A DNA stretch of 64,000 bases from an uncultured Trueperaceae bacterium (GTDB taxonomy: Bacteria; Deinococcota; Deinococci; Deinococcales; Trueperaceae): positions 448,001-512,000 of the forward strand of contig CAVSGP010000009.1 in the NCBI GenBank assembly GCA_963727505.1. The letters are read 5' to 3'. This document shows, piece after piece, positions 11,371 through 22,935 of this stretch; the first letter of the stretch is position 1; the number at the start of each line of letters is the position of its first letter. The notes under the pieces were generated by a model. It saw only the letters and a program-made list of their open reading frames with translations. It searched no databases and was not told where the DNA came from. Position numbers and translations under genes: made by a program.

Positions 11371-13212
11371 ATGCCCCCTGATCCCAAGGAGCTGATCCGC
11401 GAGCGGCTCAACATCGCGGACGTGATCGGCGAGCAGGTGGCGTTGAAGCCTGCCGGCCGGGGGCAGATGAAGGGCCTGTGCCCGTTCCACAGCGAGAAGA
11501 CGCCGTCGTTCCACGTTCATCTCGATCGCGGCTTCTACTACTGCTTCGGTTGCCACGCCAAGGGGGACGTCTTCGACTTCGTGATGCAGACCCAGGGCAT
11601 GGAGTTCGGTGACGCTCTGCGCCTTCTCGGTGAGCGTGCCGGCGTCGAGGTGGGCCGCACCGCGCCCAAGGACGGGCGCCGGCGCGACCTGTTCGACGTC
11701 AACGGGCTGGCGCTGGCGTACTTCCGGGCACAGCTCGGGGGCGAGGCGCTGGCCTATCTCAAGCGCCGCGGCCTGTCGGACGCCAGCATCGAGAGCTTCG
11801 AGCTCGGGTTCGCTCCGGACGGCTGGGACGGCCTGCTGCGGCATGCCCTGACCCGGGGTGTGCGCGACGAGGACCTGCTGGCCGTCGGGCTGCTGAGCGA
11901 GAACGAGCGGGGGAGACGCTACGACCGCTTCCGCAACCGCGTCATCTTCCCCATCAAGGACGGGATGGGGCGCGTGGTCGGCTTCGCGGGACGGGTGCTC
12001 GACGACAGCCTCCCCAAGTACCTGAACACGCCCGAGACCGAGCTGTTCCGCAAGGCGGAGCTGCTCTACGGCCTCGACCGCGCCCGACCCGCCATCCGCA
12101 AGAGCGGCGAGGCCATCGTGGTCGAGGGCTACATGGACGTGATCGCGCTGCACCAGACCGGCTTCGGCAACGCCGTGGCCGCGCTGGGGGCTGCCCTGAC
12201 CGAGCGGCAGGCCGAGCTGCTCGCCCGGCTCGACGCCAAGCGCGTGTACCTGGCGTTCGACGCCGACGAGGCGGGACAGCGTGCCGTGCTGTCCGGGCTC
12301 GACCAGGCCGTGGGTCGCCGGTTGCTGGTGCGCGCGGTCCAGGTGCCGCACGGCAAGGACCCGGCCGACGCCGTGCTCGGGGGGCACGCCGACGCCTTCC
12401 GCGAGGCGTTGGGGACCGGCCTGTCGGAGGTGGAGTTCCGCTTCCGCCGGGTGCTCGAGCGCTTCGACGAGAACGCCATCGAGGGGCAGCGCGGCGTCCT
12501 GGAGGAGCTCGCCCCGGTGTTGGTGCCGCGCGACGTATTCGACCCGGTGGCGGCGGAGATGCGTCGGCTGGTCATCGATCACCTGGGCATGGACGAGGGC
12601 CGCCTCGATGCCTGGATCCAGGCGAACCAGCGGCACCAGCGGCCGCTGTCGGCGATGCAGGTGCGGGGGATGCGCCGCCGGCACGTCGAGGTGTCGCAGG
12701 TCCGCGCCCTGGAGCTCGAGGTGGTGGCGCTCTTGCTCAGCCAGGGTGGCGACCTGCGCGAGCGTCTCGACGCAGCCCTCTCCGCGATCCCCAACGATCT
12801 CGATGACTCCGCCCTGGGCCAGCTCGAGGCGCTGGTCGACGAGCACCACGACGACCCCGAACGGGTGCTGCTCGCCTACCGCGAGCGTGAGGACGGTGCG
12901 CTGGTGTTCGAACGCGTGCTGGAGCTGTCGCGCGACGAAGGGGCGCGCTTCGATGCCGAGGGGGCGTTGCGGCAGGCGCTGTCACGCCTGCGTGAGTTGC
13001 ACCTCGAGAGTCAGAAGGAGAGTTCGCGGGCGCGGCTGCTGGAGCGGCGGGAAGAGCTGGGACGACTGCTCGAGGCTCCGGACACCAGCAGCGAGCGCCT
13101 GCCCGCGCTCTACGCCGAGCTCAAGCAGATCCACGCCATGTTGTCGGCGCGGGAGGCCGAGCGGCGGACCCGCGTCCCCGCCCGGCGCACGCGCGGCAGG
13201 CGCCGGCGGTAG
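11371..13212 (+). CDS. dnaG: DNA primase
   Basis: Zinc finger CPFH...[12 protein letters not shown] and TOPRIM motifs VVEGYMDVI / FDADEAG. Confidence 0.97.
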   Translation: MPPDPKELIRERLNIADVIGEQVALKPAGRGQMKGLCPFHSEKTPSFHVHLDRGFYYCFGCHAKGDVFDFVMQTQGMEFGDALRLLGERAGVEVGRTAPKDGRRRDLFDVNGLALAYFRAQLGGEALAYLKRRGLSDASIESFELGFAPDGWDGLLRHALTRGVRDEDLLAVGLLSENERGRRYDRFRNRVIFPIKDGMGRVVGFAGRVLDDSLPKYLNTPETELFRKAELLYGLDRARPAIRKSGEAIVVEGYMDVIALHQTGFGNAVAALGAALTERQAELLARLDAKRVYLAFDADEAGQRAVLSGLDQAVGRRLLVRAVQVPHGKDPADAVLGGHADAFREALGTGLSEVEFRFRRVLERFDENAIEGQRGVLEELAPVLVPRDVFDPVAAEMRRLVIDHLGMDEGRLDAWIQANQRHQRPLSAMQVRGMRRRHVEVSQVRALELEVVALLLSQGGDLRERLDAALSAIPNDLDDSALGQLEALVDEHHDDPERVLLAYREREDGALVFERVLELSRDEGARFDAEGALRQALSRLRELHLESQKESSRARLLERREELGRLLEAPDTSSERLPALYAELKQIHAMLSAREAERRTRVPARRTRGRRRR

Positions 13213-13220
13213 AGCGGGGC

Positions 13221-14942
13221 CTAGGGAGCCGCGGGTGCATGCGGCTCCGGAGCCGGGCTCGGGCGACTGGCCCGAGCGCCGCGCCGCAACACCTGCAATC
13301 GCTCGGCCGCGGCTGCCAGGGCGTCAACGTCGGCCTCCAACATCCCCCATGCTCCGATCAACAGGGCCCGGTCTGCGATGCGCCGGGCTTCGGCGGCGTC
13401 GCCGGCGCGTAGCGCCCGATCCGCGGCGTCCGCCACGGTCCGCAGGTGTGGTCCGAAGGTCGGCGCTGCGCCGCCGGCATCGGGGGGAGCGAGGGGTAGC
13501 GCCAGGCGCAGGGCTTCGGACGGCTCGAGCTTCAGCAGCCCACCCCCCAGCGCATGCCCCTCGAGCTCGGCGCTGAGCTCGCTCAACGAGGTCAGCGCCG
13601 CCAGCGCCAGCAGCTCGGCGGAGCCGGACGGCACCCCCGGCCGCAGGCGCACGGCGTGCAGGGTGTTGCACACCGAAGCGCCGGCGGCGTTCACCGCCAG
13701 GCGCGGCGCGCCTCCGCTCATGGCGGTGAGGACCAGGTCGGGCGGTTCGGTGCGGGTCACGCGGTACCAGGGTCGGCGGCGACGGACCTTGGTCCGTTCG
13801 GGCACTGCGCGCTCGACGCCGGCGGCCAGGTAGGCGGCCACGGCGCCGTCGTCGGCGCGCTGTGGCGCGAGCAGGTAGCCGCTAAGACCGCGTTCGGCGC
13901 CGCGGCACCAGTCCTCGTCGGTGACCCGCAGGCCAGGCAGGGCCCGGCTCCGGAAGAGCGCCCGCTGCAGGTGCTCCGGCGCCAACCCCAGCGCAGCGGC
14001 GCGTGCCGGCGAGAGGTGGAAGAAGTCGTTGTGGCCGGTCACGTAGCCGATGCTGACGTTCGCCCAGGCGCCCAGGCGGCGGCTGTCGACGTCGCTCGAG
14101 AGGCCCTCCAGCAGGGCGTGTGCCGCGGGCGGCAACCAGGCGTGGTGGAGCTTCGCCGTGCCTCGCACCAGGGCGTCGGCGTCGAGGCCGAAGCGGGCCA
14201 CGCGGTCGAGGCCGGCGGCGAGCGCGTCCACGGAGCCGAGCCGGGCGGCGCTGAAGCCGCGGAACGGCTCCCCGCGACCTTCGGCCAGGAGTAGCACCGT
14301 TCCCTGGTCCAGCGAGGGGAAGAGCGCGGACTCGAAGAGCACGAACGTGACCGCCCCGAAGCTGGCGCGGAGGTGCTCGAGGACGGGGCGCGCATAGCGG
14401 GCGTGCCCGATCTCGCTGGGAACGACCAGTGCCAGGCGCCCCCCGGGCCGCAGGAAGGCGCCGGCGTGGAGCACGAACGCTGCCCAGCTCGATGCCATGC
14501 TGTCCAGCCGCACGCCGGCGGCCGCCGCCACGGCCGACGCCCGTTCGCGCCGCGCGCGCTCCATGCGCTGGAAGCGCACGAAGGGGGGGTTGCCGAGCAC
14601 CGCGTCGAAGGCGGGCCAGGCGTCCGGCGCCATGGCGAGGAAGTCTGCGACCCGGATGCCGGCGCCCTCGGCACCGATCGCACGCAGGCGCTGCGCGGCC
14701 TCGCCTGCTGCCTCGGCGCGCATCTCCACTCCGCAGACGTCGCCGGGGCAGCCGCCGAGCTCCCGCGCGCGGCGCGCGGCCTCCGCCAGGAAGACGCCGT
14801 CGCCAGCGGCGGGATCGAGCGCTCGCTCGCCTGGCTGACGCAGTGCCCAGTCGCTGAGCGCTCGAGCCACCGGTGCGGGGGTATAGTATGCCCCGACGGA
14901 CTTCGGTCCGTTCGGTGATCCGTAGGAGGGGTCCCGGCTCAC
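13221..14942 (-). CDS. Adenine-specific (N6) DNA methyltransferase, gamma-type motif order, solitary
   Basis: GAYYTP (motif X), LDPAAGDGVFL (motif I), GNPPF (motif IV) and LRPGGRLALVVP, followed by a C-terminal TRD-like region. GTG 14942 lies 5 nt after TAGACT. Confidence 0.85.
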   Translation of the reverse strand: MSRDPSYGSPNGPKSVGAYYTPAPVARALSDWALRQPGERALDPAAGDGVFLAEAARRARELGGCPGDVCGVEMRAEAAGEAAQRLRAIGAEGAGIRVADFLAMAPDAWPAFDAVLGNPPFVRFQRMERARRERASAVAAAAGVRLDSMASSWAAFVLHAGAFLRPGGRLALVVPSEIGHARYARPVLEHLRASFGAVTFVLFESALFPSLDQGTVLLLAEGRGEPFRGFSAARLGSVDALAAGLDRVARFGLDADALVRGTAKLHHAWLPPAAHALLEGLSSDVDSRRLGAWANVSIGYVTGHNDFFHLSPARAAALGLAPEHLQRALFRSRALPGLRVTDEDWCRGAERGLSGYLLAPQRADDGAVAAYLAAGVERAVPERTKVRRRRPWYRVTRTEPPDLVLTAMSGGAPRLAVNAAGASVCNTLHAVRLRPGVPSGSAELLALAALTSLSELSAELEGHALGGGLLKLEPSEALRLALPLAPPDAGGAAPTFGPHLRTVADAADRALRAGDAAEARRIADRALLIGAWGMLEADVDALAAAAERLQVLRRGARASRPSPAPEPHAPAAP

Positions 14943-15010
14943 GCCGGAGTCTACCCGAGCTGTTGCCGTATGGCGGCTGCGGAGGGGGCTGCGGGGGAGT
15001 TGTGTCCCGA

Positions 15011-15040
15011 TTGACACGCAAAGTTGGCGGTTGTTATGGT
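15011..15040 (+). promoter_or_regulatory. Sigma70-type promoter of the V/A-ATPase operon
   Basis: TTGACA (15011-15016), 18-nt spacer and TG-extended TATGGT (15035-15040) in an AT-richer patch. Confidence 0.65.
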
Positions 15041-15169
15041 TGCTGGGCAACGCTCAAGGGGTAGGATGTACCGCGTTCGACGCGGTTTTTTGTGCCTCAC
15101 ACTGCGATCCGGAACCATTCTCGACAGCCTGTCGTAACCCGCGGTGACGCGGGGCGGAAGGAGGGCTGG

Positions 15170-15490
15170 TTGGAAGCTCAGGGTGAACGACTCCTGCAAG
15201 ACCTCGTGACCCAGGAGAAGAGCCTGGTGGCCAAGGTCGAGGACGCGCGCAAACAGGCCTCGGAGATCGTCTCCGAAGCTCAGGAGGAGGCGCGGCGCAT
15301 CCTCGAGGAGGCTCGAGGGAAGGCTGAGACCCTCGCCAAGCAGGAAGCCGACCGGGGCGCCAAGGAAGCGGAGTCCGCACGGGAGGACATCGTCCACTCG
15401 GCGCGGGAGACCGCGGGCAGGCTCGAGGCGCAGGCGCGTGCCGGCAGGGAGGATGCGGTGGCGCTGGTGATGGAGCGGGTCTTGCCATGA
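15170..15490 (+). CDS. atpG: V/A-type ATP synthase subunit G (peripheral stalk)
   Basis: Coiled-coil rich in A/E/R; first gene of the operon; TTG start after SD ggaggg. Confidence 0.8.
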   Translation: MEAQGERLLQDLVTQEKSLVAKVEDARKQASEIVSEAQEEARRILEEARGKAETLAKQEADRGAKEAESAREDIVHSARETAGRLEAQARAGREDAVALVMERVLP

Positions 15491-17481
15491 TCGCCAAGAT
15501 GGAGCAACTCCTGGTCGTCGGGCGGCGCTCGGCGGCCACGGACGTGCTCGTCAGCCTCCAGAGCCTGGGCGTGGTGCAGGTGGAGCCGCTCGAGCCCGGG
15601 GACGAAGAGGCCCTCCGCCCGGTCAAGCTCGAAGGGGACGACCTGCACCGCAAGGAGCTGTGGGATTACCTCGTGTCGCGCTCCGAGGCGCTGCTGGACG
15701 CCCTCGAGATCCGCGACGAAGGCCCGGTGCCGCGTGGCGAGGCCGGCAACGATCCCGAGGCGCTCTCGAAGGAGCTCGCGCCTGTCGGAGACCAGATCGA
15801 CCGGCTGGTCGCCGAGCGCGCCGACGCACGGGACGAGCTCGAGCTCACGCAGGCCTACCTGGCCGTGTTCCGACAGCTCGCACCGATGATGGCGCAGCTC
15901 GAGGAAGCCACCTACCTCGGCGGCGCCGCCTTCCTGGTCGCAGACGAGGACTACGGGGCGCTTGAAGAGGCGCTCGACGAAGAGTTCGACGGCGGGTACG
16001 CCCTCGCCTGGCAGCGCCACGGCGCCGAGCGCATGGTGGTGGCGGCGGCCCTGTTCCGCGACCTGCCCCGCCTGCGCGCGACCTTCACCCGGCTCGGCCA
16101 CTCCGAGATCGCCCTGCCGGAGCGCTACCAGGATCTCGGCGTCGCCAAGGCGGCGCACGTGATGGAGGAGCGTTCGCAGACGCTTCCCAAGCGTGTCGCA
16201 TCGATCCACGAGGAGCTCGGCAAGCTCGCCGGGCAGCACGGCCGCCGGCTGCGTGCGATCGCCCAGGTGGCTCACAACCATCAGGCGCGCTACGAGCGGC
16301 TCCAGGACCTGCTGGAGGGGCGCTACGGCTTCGCTCTGTCGGGCTGGGTGCCTGCCGAGGACAGCGGCCGCGTGGTCGAGGCGCTGCGCAAGCAGTTCGC
16401 CGAGCAGATCCGCGTGGCGGTCCGGCCGGCCGACGAACACCACGATCGTGGGGTGCCCGTCAAGTTCGACAACCCCGCCTGGGTTCGCCCCTTCCAGGGA
16501 CTGTTGGCGCTCTTCGAGCCGCCGCGATACGGCAGCTTCGATCCGAGCTGGACGCTGGCGGTGTTCTTCCCGCTGTTCTTCGGCCTGCAGGTCGGCGACA
16601 TCGGCTACGGCCTGCTGTTCGCGAGCCTCGGGCTCTGGCTCCGGCGCCGCGGAGCGGCCGGCAAGAACGTCGACACCGGCCCCATCCAGATCATCATCCC
16701 GGCCCGCATCCTGCGGCCGCTCAGCACCGTCGTCTTCTGGCTGGCAGGGTGGACGATCCTGTTCGGCTTCGTCTACGGTGAGTTCTTCGGGAACCTGTTC
16801 GAGCGCTTCCCGGCCGGGCGTCCGCTGTTCTACACGCTGGCGCACGGCAGCGGGCATCACGAGGGCGTGATCCCCATCCTGCTCTTGCGTGTCGAGGTGT
16901 TCGGTCCGCTGCTGCTCGTCTCCACGCTGTTCGGCGTGCTTCAGGTGCTGGGCGGCTGGCTCATCCGCATCATCTACGCGGTACGGCACGGCGAGAGCAT
17001 GCACCTCTACGAAGGGCTGGGCATGCTGACGGGCCTGGTCGCGGTGGTGGTGTTCGCCACGGCCTACCAGACCCACACCGTCAACGCGGCCGTGGTCGTG
17101 GTCACGCTGGCGCTGCTGGTCGGCTTCGCCGTGTTCACGGTGCTGGCCAAGAACGGCCTGATGGTGCTCGAGTTGATCTCCAACGGCGGGCACATCCTGA
17201 GCTACTTGCGAATCTTCGCCGTCGGGCTGGCCTCGGCCCTGATCGCCAACCTGTCGATCGACCTGGGCTACTCGCTCAGCGGCGTGCTTCCGATCATCGG
17301 ACCCGTCCTGGGCATCCTGGTAGGCGGCGTCGTCATCATGATCGCGCTGGCCCTGACCATCATCAGCGATACGCTCCAGCCGCTCCGACTTCACTACGTC
17401 GAGTTCTTCACCAAGTTCGGTTTCTACGATGAGAGTGGTCGTCCCTACCGACCCTTCCGTCTCCTAGGAGGAAAGTCATGA
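15487..17481 (+). CDS. atpI: V/A-type ATP synthase subunit I (a)
   Basis: GWVP, GDIGYG, LSYLRIFAVGL and LRLHYVEFFTKF motifs. Confidence 0.95.
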   Translation: MIAKMEQLLVVGRRSAATDVLVSLQSLGVVQVEPLEPGDEEALRPVKLEGDDLHRKELWDYLVSRSEALLDALEIRDEGPVPRGEAGNDPEALSKELAPVGDQIDRLVAERADARDELELTQAYLAVFRQLAPMMAQLEEATYLGGAAFLVADEDYGALEEALDEEFDGGYALAWQRHGAERMVVAAALFRDLPRLRATFTRLGHSEIALPERYQDLGVAKAAHVMEERSQTLPKRVASIHEELGKLAGQHGRRLRAIAQVAHNHQARYERLQDLLEGRYGFALSGWVPAEDSGRVVEALRKQFAEQIRVAVRPADEHHDRGVPVKFDNPAWVRPFQGLLALFEPPRYGSFDPSWTLAVFFPLFFGLQVGDIGYGLLFASLGLWLRRRGAAGKNVDTGPIQIIIPARILRPLSTVVFWLAGWTILFGFVYGEFFGNLFERFPAGRPLFYTLAHGSGHHEGVIPILLLRVEVFGPLLLVSTLFGVLQVLGGWLIRIIYAVRHGESMHLYEGLGMLTGLVAVVVFATAYQTHTVNAAVVVVTLALLVGFAVFTVLAKNGLMVLELISNGGHILSYLRIFAVGLASALIANLSIDLGYSLSGVLPIIGPVLGILVGGVVIMIALALTIISDTLQPLRLHYVEFFTKFGFYDESGRPYRPFRLLGGKS

Positions 17482-17792
17482 ACAAGCTCGCCAAGGTTCT
17501 GGGAGTCCTTTCCCTCTTCGCCGTCTTCGCCGGGACCGCCTTCGCGCAGGGCGCGGCCGCCTCGGGCGGGGACATCGGCATGGGCCTTCTGGGCGTGGGC
17601 GCCGGTCTGGCCATCGGCCTTGCCGGCATCGGCGTCGGGATCGCGCAGGGTTACATCGGCAGTGCCGGCCTGGGGACCATCACCGAGAAGCCCGAGGCCT
17701 TCGGTCAGGTGCTGATCTTCCTGGTGATCCCCGAGACCATCATCATCTTCGGCTTCGTGATCGCCTTCTTCCTGTACGGCAAGATGGGCTGA
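17478..17792 (+). CDS. atpK: V/A-type ATP synthase proteolipid subunit K/L (c)
   Basis: Gly-rich helix, ion-binding PET motif and an N-terminal signal-like leader as in Thermus subunit L. Confidence 0.93.
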   Translation: MNKLAKVLGVLSLFAVFAGTAFAQGAAASGGDIGMGLLGVGAGLAIGLAGIGVGIAQGYIGSAGLGTITEKPEAFGQVLIFLVIPETIIIFGFVIAFFLYGKMG

Positions 17793-17796
17793 GAAC

Positions 17797-18390
17797 GTGT
17801 CCGATCTGGCTGCTCTGCTCGAGAAGGAAGCGAGCACGGAGATCGAGTCCATCCTCTCCGAGGCGCGGAGCCGCGCCTCAGAGGTGGTTGCGGACGCGCG
17901 CCAGGAGGCCGACACGCTGGTCGCCGCGCGGGAGCGTGTGGCGGCCGCACACCGGAGCGCCGCCATGACGCGTGCGCGCTCGAGCGCGCAGCTCGAGGCG
18001 TCGTCACTGCAACTCCGTGCCCAGCATGACGGCGTCGAGGCGGTCTTCCAGCAAGCGCGAGAGCGCCTCGAGGCGCTGCTCGCCGATGCCGACGCCTATC
18101 CGGACGTGCTGAAGAAGCTGCTGGAGGAGGCCGTCGACGGCCTCGACGCGAACGAGGTGCAGGCGATCGTCGTCCACCCGGACGAACACGGCTACGCCGA
18201 GAGGGCCGCCAAGGCGCTGTCGCTGTCGGCGAAGGTCGAGTCCGACGAGCGTATCCGGGGGGGCGTGCGCTTGCGCCTCAAGGGCAACAACACCATCGAG
18301 AACTCGCTCTACGAGCGCTTGGAGGTGCTGCGGGCCGAACTCGCGTCGGAGGTGTCCGAGGCGCTCTTCGGCGCGTCGCGGGAGCGCTAG
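17797..18390 (+). CDS. atpE: V/A-type ATP synthase subunit E
   Basis: Coiled-coil N-terminus; C-terminal GGV...IENSL..RL...LFG. Confidence 0.9.
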   Translation: MSDLAALLEKEASTEIESILSEARSRASEVVADARQEADTLVAARERVAAAHRSAAMTRARSSAQLEASSLQLRAQHDGVEAVFQQARERLEALLADADAYPDVLKKLLEEAVDGLDANEVQAIVVHPDEHGYAERAAKALSLSAKVESDERIRGGVRLRLKGNNTIENSLYERLEVLRAELASEVSEALFGASRER

Positions 18391-18391
18391 G

Positions 18392-19405
18392 ATGTCGACC
18401 GACTACGGCTACATCAACGCGCGGGTTCGCGGCATGAAGACCAAGCTGCTGGGCACGGAGTTCTTCTCCGAGGCCCTGGATGCCACGGACTTCCGCTCCT
18501 TCCTGTCGGTGCTGGGGCAGTCGCGCTACATGCACGGGCTGGAGGAGGCGCAATCGCGCTACGAGGGCCTGCGTGCCGTCGACGATGCCCTCGCCAGGGA
18601 CTTCTTCGGCATGACCCGCAGCCTGCTCAGCGCCGCTGACGGCGCGCCAGGCCAGCTGATGGAGCTGCTGCTGTTGCGCTACGACCGCGAGAACATCAAG
18701 ACCATCGCGCGCGCCAAGCACGCGGGCAAGACGGTCGAAGAGATCCTCGGGTCGCTGTTCCCGGCCGGACCGCTCAAGCCGGCGGTGCTGGAGGAGGTCG
18801 CCGCGACGCCCGACATGGCCGCGGCGGCCCAGGCGCTGGCGGTCACCAAGACCCCGCTCAAGGCGGCGTTCTCGCGGGCGGTGGCGCGCTACCAGTCCGA
18901 CGGCGACCTCTACGCCCTGGAGCTGGCGATCGACCGGGCCTACTATCAGGTCCTGATGCAGCGGCTGCGCAGGACCAACGCCCCCACGAGCTTCATGCGG
19001 CACATCGTGCGGGAGATCGACGCCACCAACCTGCGCACCGCGTTGAAGTTGCGAGGCGTGGAGGAGGGTTCGGAAGAGGTCTTCATCCCGGGCGGGCGCG
19101 AGATCGATCGAGGCCTGTTCGAGAGCATCCGTACGGACGCCTCGAATGGTGCGCTGCAAGCGCTTTCCGGGACGGCCTTCGCCGAGGTCGCGGAGACCGA
19201 GACGCTGGCCGCGGCCGAGCAGAAGGTGCGGGAGGTGCTGGACGCCAGCGCCCGTGCCGCCGCTTCCGATCCCCTGGGGCCGGGCGTGGTCGTGCGCTTC
19301 TTGCGGCTGAAGGAGGCCGAGGTAGCGAGGCTTCGCCTGCTCGCCCGCGGCACCTTCTACGGTGTGCCGCGCGCGGCGCTGGAGAGGGAGCTCGGGCATG
19401 CCTAA
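18392..19405 (+). CDS. atpC: V/A-type ATP synthase subunit C (d)
   Basis: YGYINARVRGMKTKLL, EIDATNLRT and E..RLRL motifs. Confidence 0.92.
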   Translation: MSTDYGYINARVRGMKTKLLGTEFFSEALDATDFRSFLSVLGQSRYMHGLEEAQSRYEGLRAVDDALARDFFGMTRSLLSAADGAPGQLMELLLLRYDRENIKTIARAKHAGKTVEEILGSLFPAGPLKPAVLEEVAATPDMAAAAQALAVTKTPLKAAFSRAVARYQSDGDLYALELAIDRAYYQVLMQRLRRTNAPTSFMRHIVREIDATNLRTALKLRGVEEGSEEVFIPGGREIDRGLFESIRTDASNGALQALSGTAFAEVAETETLAAAEQKVREVLDASARAAASDPLGPGVVVRFLRLKEAEVARLRLLARGTFYGVPRAALERELGHA

Positions 19406-19724
19406 GATGGTCGTCTTGACCGACAGTGAGACGGCGGTGGGTTTCCGGCTGGCCGGCGTCGAGGTCCGCGAGGTCGAAAGTGACGGGGCGAAGGACGTCC
19501 TGGAGGAGCTCATCCGTTCCGACGATTACGGCCTCGTGGTCGTAGACGAGGGGCTCATCCCCGATCCGATCGCGGCGAGCGAGCGTGCCATGCGAGGCCG
19601 CGAACTGCCGGTGGTGCTGCCCCTTCCCAGCCTGGGCGGCGCATTCGGCGAGGGCGACGACGCCGTCGCTTACATGAAGTCCCTGGTGCGCGACGCCATC
19701 GGGTTCGATATCAAGCTGGAGTGA
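19398..19724 (+). CDS. atpF: V/A-type ATP synthase subunit F
   Basis: [11 protein letters not shown]...AIGFDIKL. Confidence 0.92.
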   Translation: MPKMVVLTDSETAVGFRLAGVEVREVESDGAKDVLEELIRSDDYGLVVVDEGLIPDPIAASERAMRGRELPVVLPLPSLGGAFGEGDDAVAYMKSLVRDAIGFDIKLE

Positions 19725-19740
19725 GAGCAGGAGGGCTTAC

Positions 19741-21480
19741 GTGGCCATTGAAGGGAAGATTCAACGTATCTCCGGCCCGGCGGTGATCGCCCAGGGGATG
19801 ATGGGTGCGCGGATGTACGACATCGTCCGGGTCGGCGAGGAGAAGCTGGTCGGAGAGATCATCCGTCTCGACGGCAACAACGCCTTCGTCCAGGTCTACG
19901 AGGACACCGGCGGGCTGACCGTGGGGGAACCGGTCGTATCGACCGGTCTACCTCTGGCGGTCGAGCTGGGCCCGGGGATGCTCAACGGCATCTTCGACGG
20001 TATCCAGCGGCCGCTCGACAAGCTGCACGAGAGTTCGGGGACGTACATCGATCGCGGCCTGGTGGTGAACGCCCTGTCGCAGGACGCCAAGTGGCAGTTC
20101 ACGCCGCAGGTCGCGAAGGGCGACGAGGTGCGGCAGGGGCAGGTCCTCGGGACCGTGCCCGAGTTCGCGTTCACCCACAAGATCCTGGTGCCTCCCGGCA
20201 AGGGTGGCGTGATCAAGAGCATCGTGGGCGAGGGTGAGTACACGGTTCAGGACACCATCGCCACGCTGGAAGACGGCACCGAGCTGCGGCTCGCGCACAC
20301 CTGGCCGGTACGCCAGGCCCGCCCGGTCGAGCGCAAGCTCGACCCGGTGACCCCGTTCCTCACGGGGATGCGCATTCTCGACGTGCTCTTCCCTCTGACG
20401 ATGGGGGGGACCGCAGCGATCCCCGGGCCCTTCGGGTCCGGGAAGACGGTCACGCAGCAGTCGGTCGCGAAGTACGGCAACGCCGACATCGTGGTCTACG
20501 TCGGTTGCGGCGAGCGCGGCAACGAGATGACGGACGTGCTGGTCGAGTTCCCGGAGCTCGAGGATCCGCAGACCGGCAATCCCCTGATGCACCGCACGGT
20601 GCTCATCGCCAACACCTCGAACATGCCGGTGGCGGCGCGCGAAGCGAGCATCTACACCGGCATCACGCTGGCCGAATACTTCCGCGACATGGGCTACTCG
20701 GTGTCGATCATGGCCGATTCGACCAGCCGTTGGGCCGAGGCGCTGCGCGAGATCTCCTCGCGGCTCGAGGAGATGCCGGCCGAAGAGGGCTACCCTCCCT
20801 ACCTGGCGTCGCGACTGGCGGCGTTCTACGAGCGCGGTGGCCGTGTCGACACGCTCGCCGGCGACCAGGGCGCCGTGTCGATCATCGGCGCGGTCAGTCC
20901 GGCGGGCGGCGACTTCTCCGAGCCGGTCACGCAGGCCACGTTGCGCATCACGGGATGCTTCTGGGCGCTGGACGCCTCGCTGGCGCGGCGCCGTCACTTC
21001 CCGGCCATCAACTGGAACCGCTCGTATTCGCTGTTCACGGACATCCTCGACGGCTGGTACGCCGAGAACGTGGCCGAGGACTACACCGAGTTGCGGAGCC
21101 AGGCCGTCGACCTGCTGCAGCGCGAGTCGGACCTGCAGGAGGTCGTCCAGCTCGTCGGGCCCGACGCCCTCCAGGACCAGGAGCGACTCGTGATCGAGGC
21201 CGGACGCATCCTGCGCCAGAACTTCCTGCAGCAGAACGGTTTCGACCCGGTCGACGCCTCCTGCACGCTGCACAAGGCCTACGGCATGCTCCAGATGATG
21301 CTGCGCTTCTACGAGGACGCCCAGCAGGCGCTGCAGTCCGGAGCGACGGTCGACGAGGTGTTGCAGGCCCCGGTGATCGAGAAGATCAATCGCTCGCGCT
21401 ACGTGGCCGAGGACGAGTTCGATGCCTACAAGGACGGCGTGATGAGTGAACTGTCCCAGGGCTTCGGCGTGGCCGCCTGA
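19741..21480 (+). CDS. atpA: V/A-type ATP synthase catalytic subunit A
   Basis: P-loop [26 protein letters not shown] and FPAINW. Confidence 0.98.
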   Translation: MAIEGKIQRISGPAVIAQGMMGARMYDIVRVGEEKLVGEIIRLDGNNAFVQVYEDTGGLTVGEPVVSTGLPLAVELGPGMLNGIFDGIQRPLDKLHESSGTYIDRGLVVNALSQDAKWQFTPQVAKGDEVRQGQVLGTVPEFAFTHKILVPPGKGGVIKSIVGEGEYTVQDTIATLEDGTELRLAHTWPVRQARPVERKLDPVTPFLTGMRILDVLFPLTMGGTAAIPGPFGSGKTVTQQSVAKYGNADIVVYVGCGERGNEMTDVLVEFPELEDPQTGNPLMHRTVLIANTSNMPVAAREASIYTGITLAEYFRDMGYSVSIMADSTSRWAEALREISSRLEEMPAEEGYPPYLASRLAAFYERGGRVDTLAGDQGAVSIIGAVSPAGGDFSEPVTQATLRITGCFWALDASLARRRHFPAINWNRSYSLFTDILDGWYAENVAEDYTELRSQAVDLLQRESDLQEVVQLVGPDALQDQERLVIEAGRILRQNFLQQNGFDPVDASCTLHKAYGMLQMMLRFYEDAQQALQSGATVDEVLQAPVIEKINRSRYVAEDEFDAYKDGVMSELSQGFGVAA

Positions 21481-21495
21481 GGCCGGAGAGGGAGC

Positions 21496-22920
21496 ATGAG
21501 CAAGAACCTGTTGAAGAAGGAGTACACCGAGGTCAGCTACGTCTCCGGGCCGCTTCTGTACCTGCAGAACGCCCCGGACCTGAGCTACAACGCGATCGTC
21601 CGCATCAAGGACGGTAGCGGGCGGATCCGCGGCGGCCAGGTGATCGAGGTCTCCGACGCGTACACGGTATTGCAGGTGTTCGAGGAGACCTCGGGCATCG
21701 ACCTTTCCAGCACCACCGTCAGCCTGGTCGAGAACGTCGCCCGGCTGGGCGTGTCGCGCGAGATGATCGGGCGGCGTTTCAACGGTGCCGGCGAGCCCAT
21801 CGACGGCCTGCCGGATGTGGTTGCGGAGAAGCGGCTGCCGATCGGCGGAGCGCCCATCAACCCGGTGGCGCGACGCAAGCCCGAGGAGTTCATCCAGACC
21901 GGCATCTCCACCATCGACACGCTCATCAGCCTGGTCCGCGGGCAGAAGCTTCCCATCTTCTCCGGATCGGGTCTGCCCGCAAACCAGCTTGCAGCCCAGA
22001 TCGCGCGGCAGGCGACGGTGATCGGCGAGGAGAGCGAGTTCGCGGTGGTGTTCGCGGCCATGGGCGTGACGCAGCGCGAGCTGACGTACTTCACGCAGGA
22101 GTTCGAGCGCACGGGCGCGCTGGCGCGCAGCGTGCTGTTCCTGAACAAGGCCGACGATCCCGCCGTCGAGCGCTTGCTGACGCCCAAGATGGCGCTCACC
22201 GCCGCCGAGTACCTCGCATTCGAGCACGACTACCACGTGCTGGTCATCCTCACGGACATGACCAACTACTGCGAGGCGCTGCGCGAGATCGGCGGGGCCC
22301 GCGAGGAGATCCCGGGCCGCCGCGGCTACCCCGGTTACATGTACACCGACCTGGCATCGATCTACGAGCGCGCCGGCGTGGTGGAGGGTCGAGCGGGATC
22401 GGTCACCCAGCTGCCGATTTTGAGCATGCCCGACGACGACGTCACCCACCCGATCCCCGATCTCACCGGCTACATCACCGAGGGCCAGATCTACCTGGCG
22501 CGCGACCTGCACAACAAGGGCGTGTATCCGCCGATCAATCCCGGCCCCAGCCTCAGCCGGCTCATGAACAACGGCATCGGCGAAGGGAAGACGCGCAAGG
22601 ACCACAAGAACGTCTCCGACCAGCTCCAGGCCGCCTACGCGAACGGCCTCGACCTGCGCCGGCTGGTGGCCATCACGGGCGAGGACGCCCTGTCGGACAA
22701 CGACAAGCTCTACCTTGCCTTCGCCGACGATTTCGAGAAGCACTTCATCCATCAGGGGCAGGCCGAGCGCACCATCGAGGAGTCGTTGAACATCGCCTGG
22801 GCGACGCTCTCCAAGCTTCCCAAGAGCGAGCTCACACGGCTCGCGACCGACCAGATCGACAAGTACTACGGCGCCAAGATGGAGGAGCTCTGGGGAGCGG
22901 CCACCAAGGACCGGATCTAG
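21496..22920 (+). CDS. atpB: V/A-type ATP synthase subunit B
   Basis: [27 protein letters not shown] and [15 protein letters not shown]. Confidence 0.98.
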   Translation: MSKNLLKKEYTEVSYVSGPLLYLQNAPDLSYNAIVRIKDGSGRIRGGQVIEVSDAYTVLQVFEETSGIDLSSTTVSLVENVARLGVSREMIGRRFNGAGEPIDGLPDVVAEKRLPIGGAPINPVARRKPEEFIQTGISTIDTLISLVRGQKLPIFSGSGLPANQLAAQIARQATVIGEESEFAVVFAAMGVTQRELTYFTQEFERTGALARSVLFLNKADDPAVERLLTPKMALTAAEYLAFEHDYHVLVILTDMTNYCEALREIGGAREEIPGRRGYPGYMYTDLASIYERAGVVEGRAGSVTQLPILSMPDDDVTHPIPDLTGYITEGQIYLARDLHNKGVYPPINPGPSLSRLMNNGIGEGKTRKDHKNVSDQLQAAYANGLDLRRLVAITGEDALSDNDKLYLAFADDFEKHFIHQGQAERTIEESLNIAWATLSKLPKSELTRLATDQIDKYYGAKMEELWGAATKDRI

Positions 22921-22935
22921 GGAGGGGATGAGCGC

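Noticed and set aside
17478..17792. N-terminal leader on the c subunit and a possible Na+-binding signature
   Set aside because: The leader and Q/PET pattern match the known proton-coupled Thermus subunit L, and the Tyr of the full Na+ site is absent.
19948..22752. 934-aa minus-strand ORF, and similar long antisense ORFs (15280-17394, 52568-54010, 61356-63737, 11173-12849)
   Set aside because: These are shadow ORFs opposite well-conserved genes. They are expected from high-GC codon bias and show no protein motifs.
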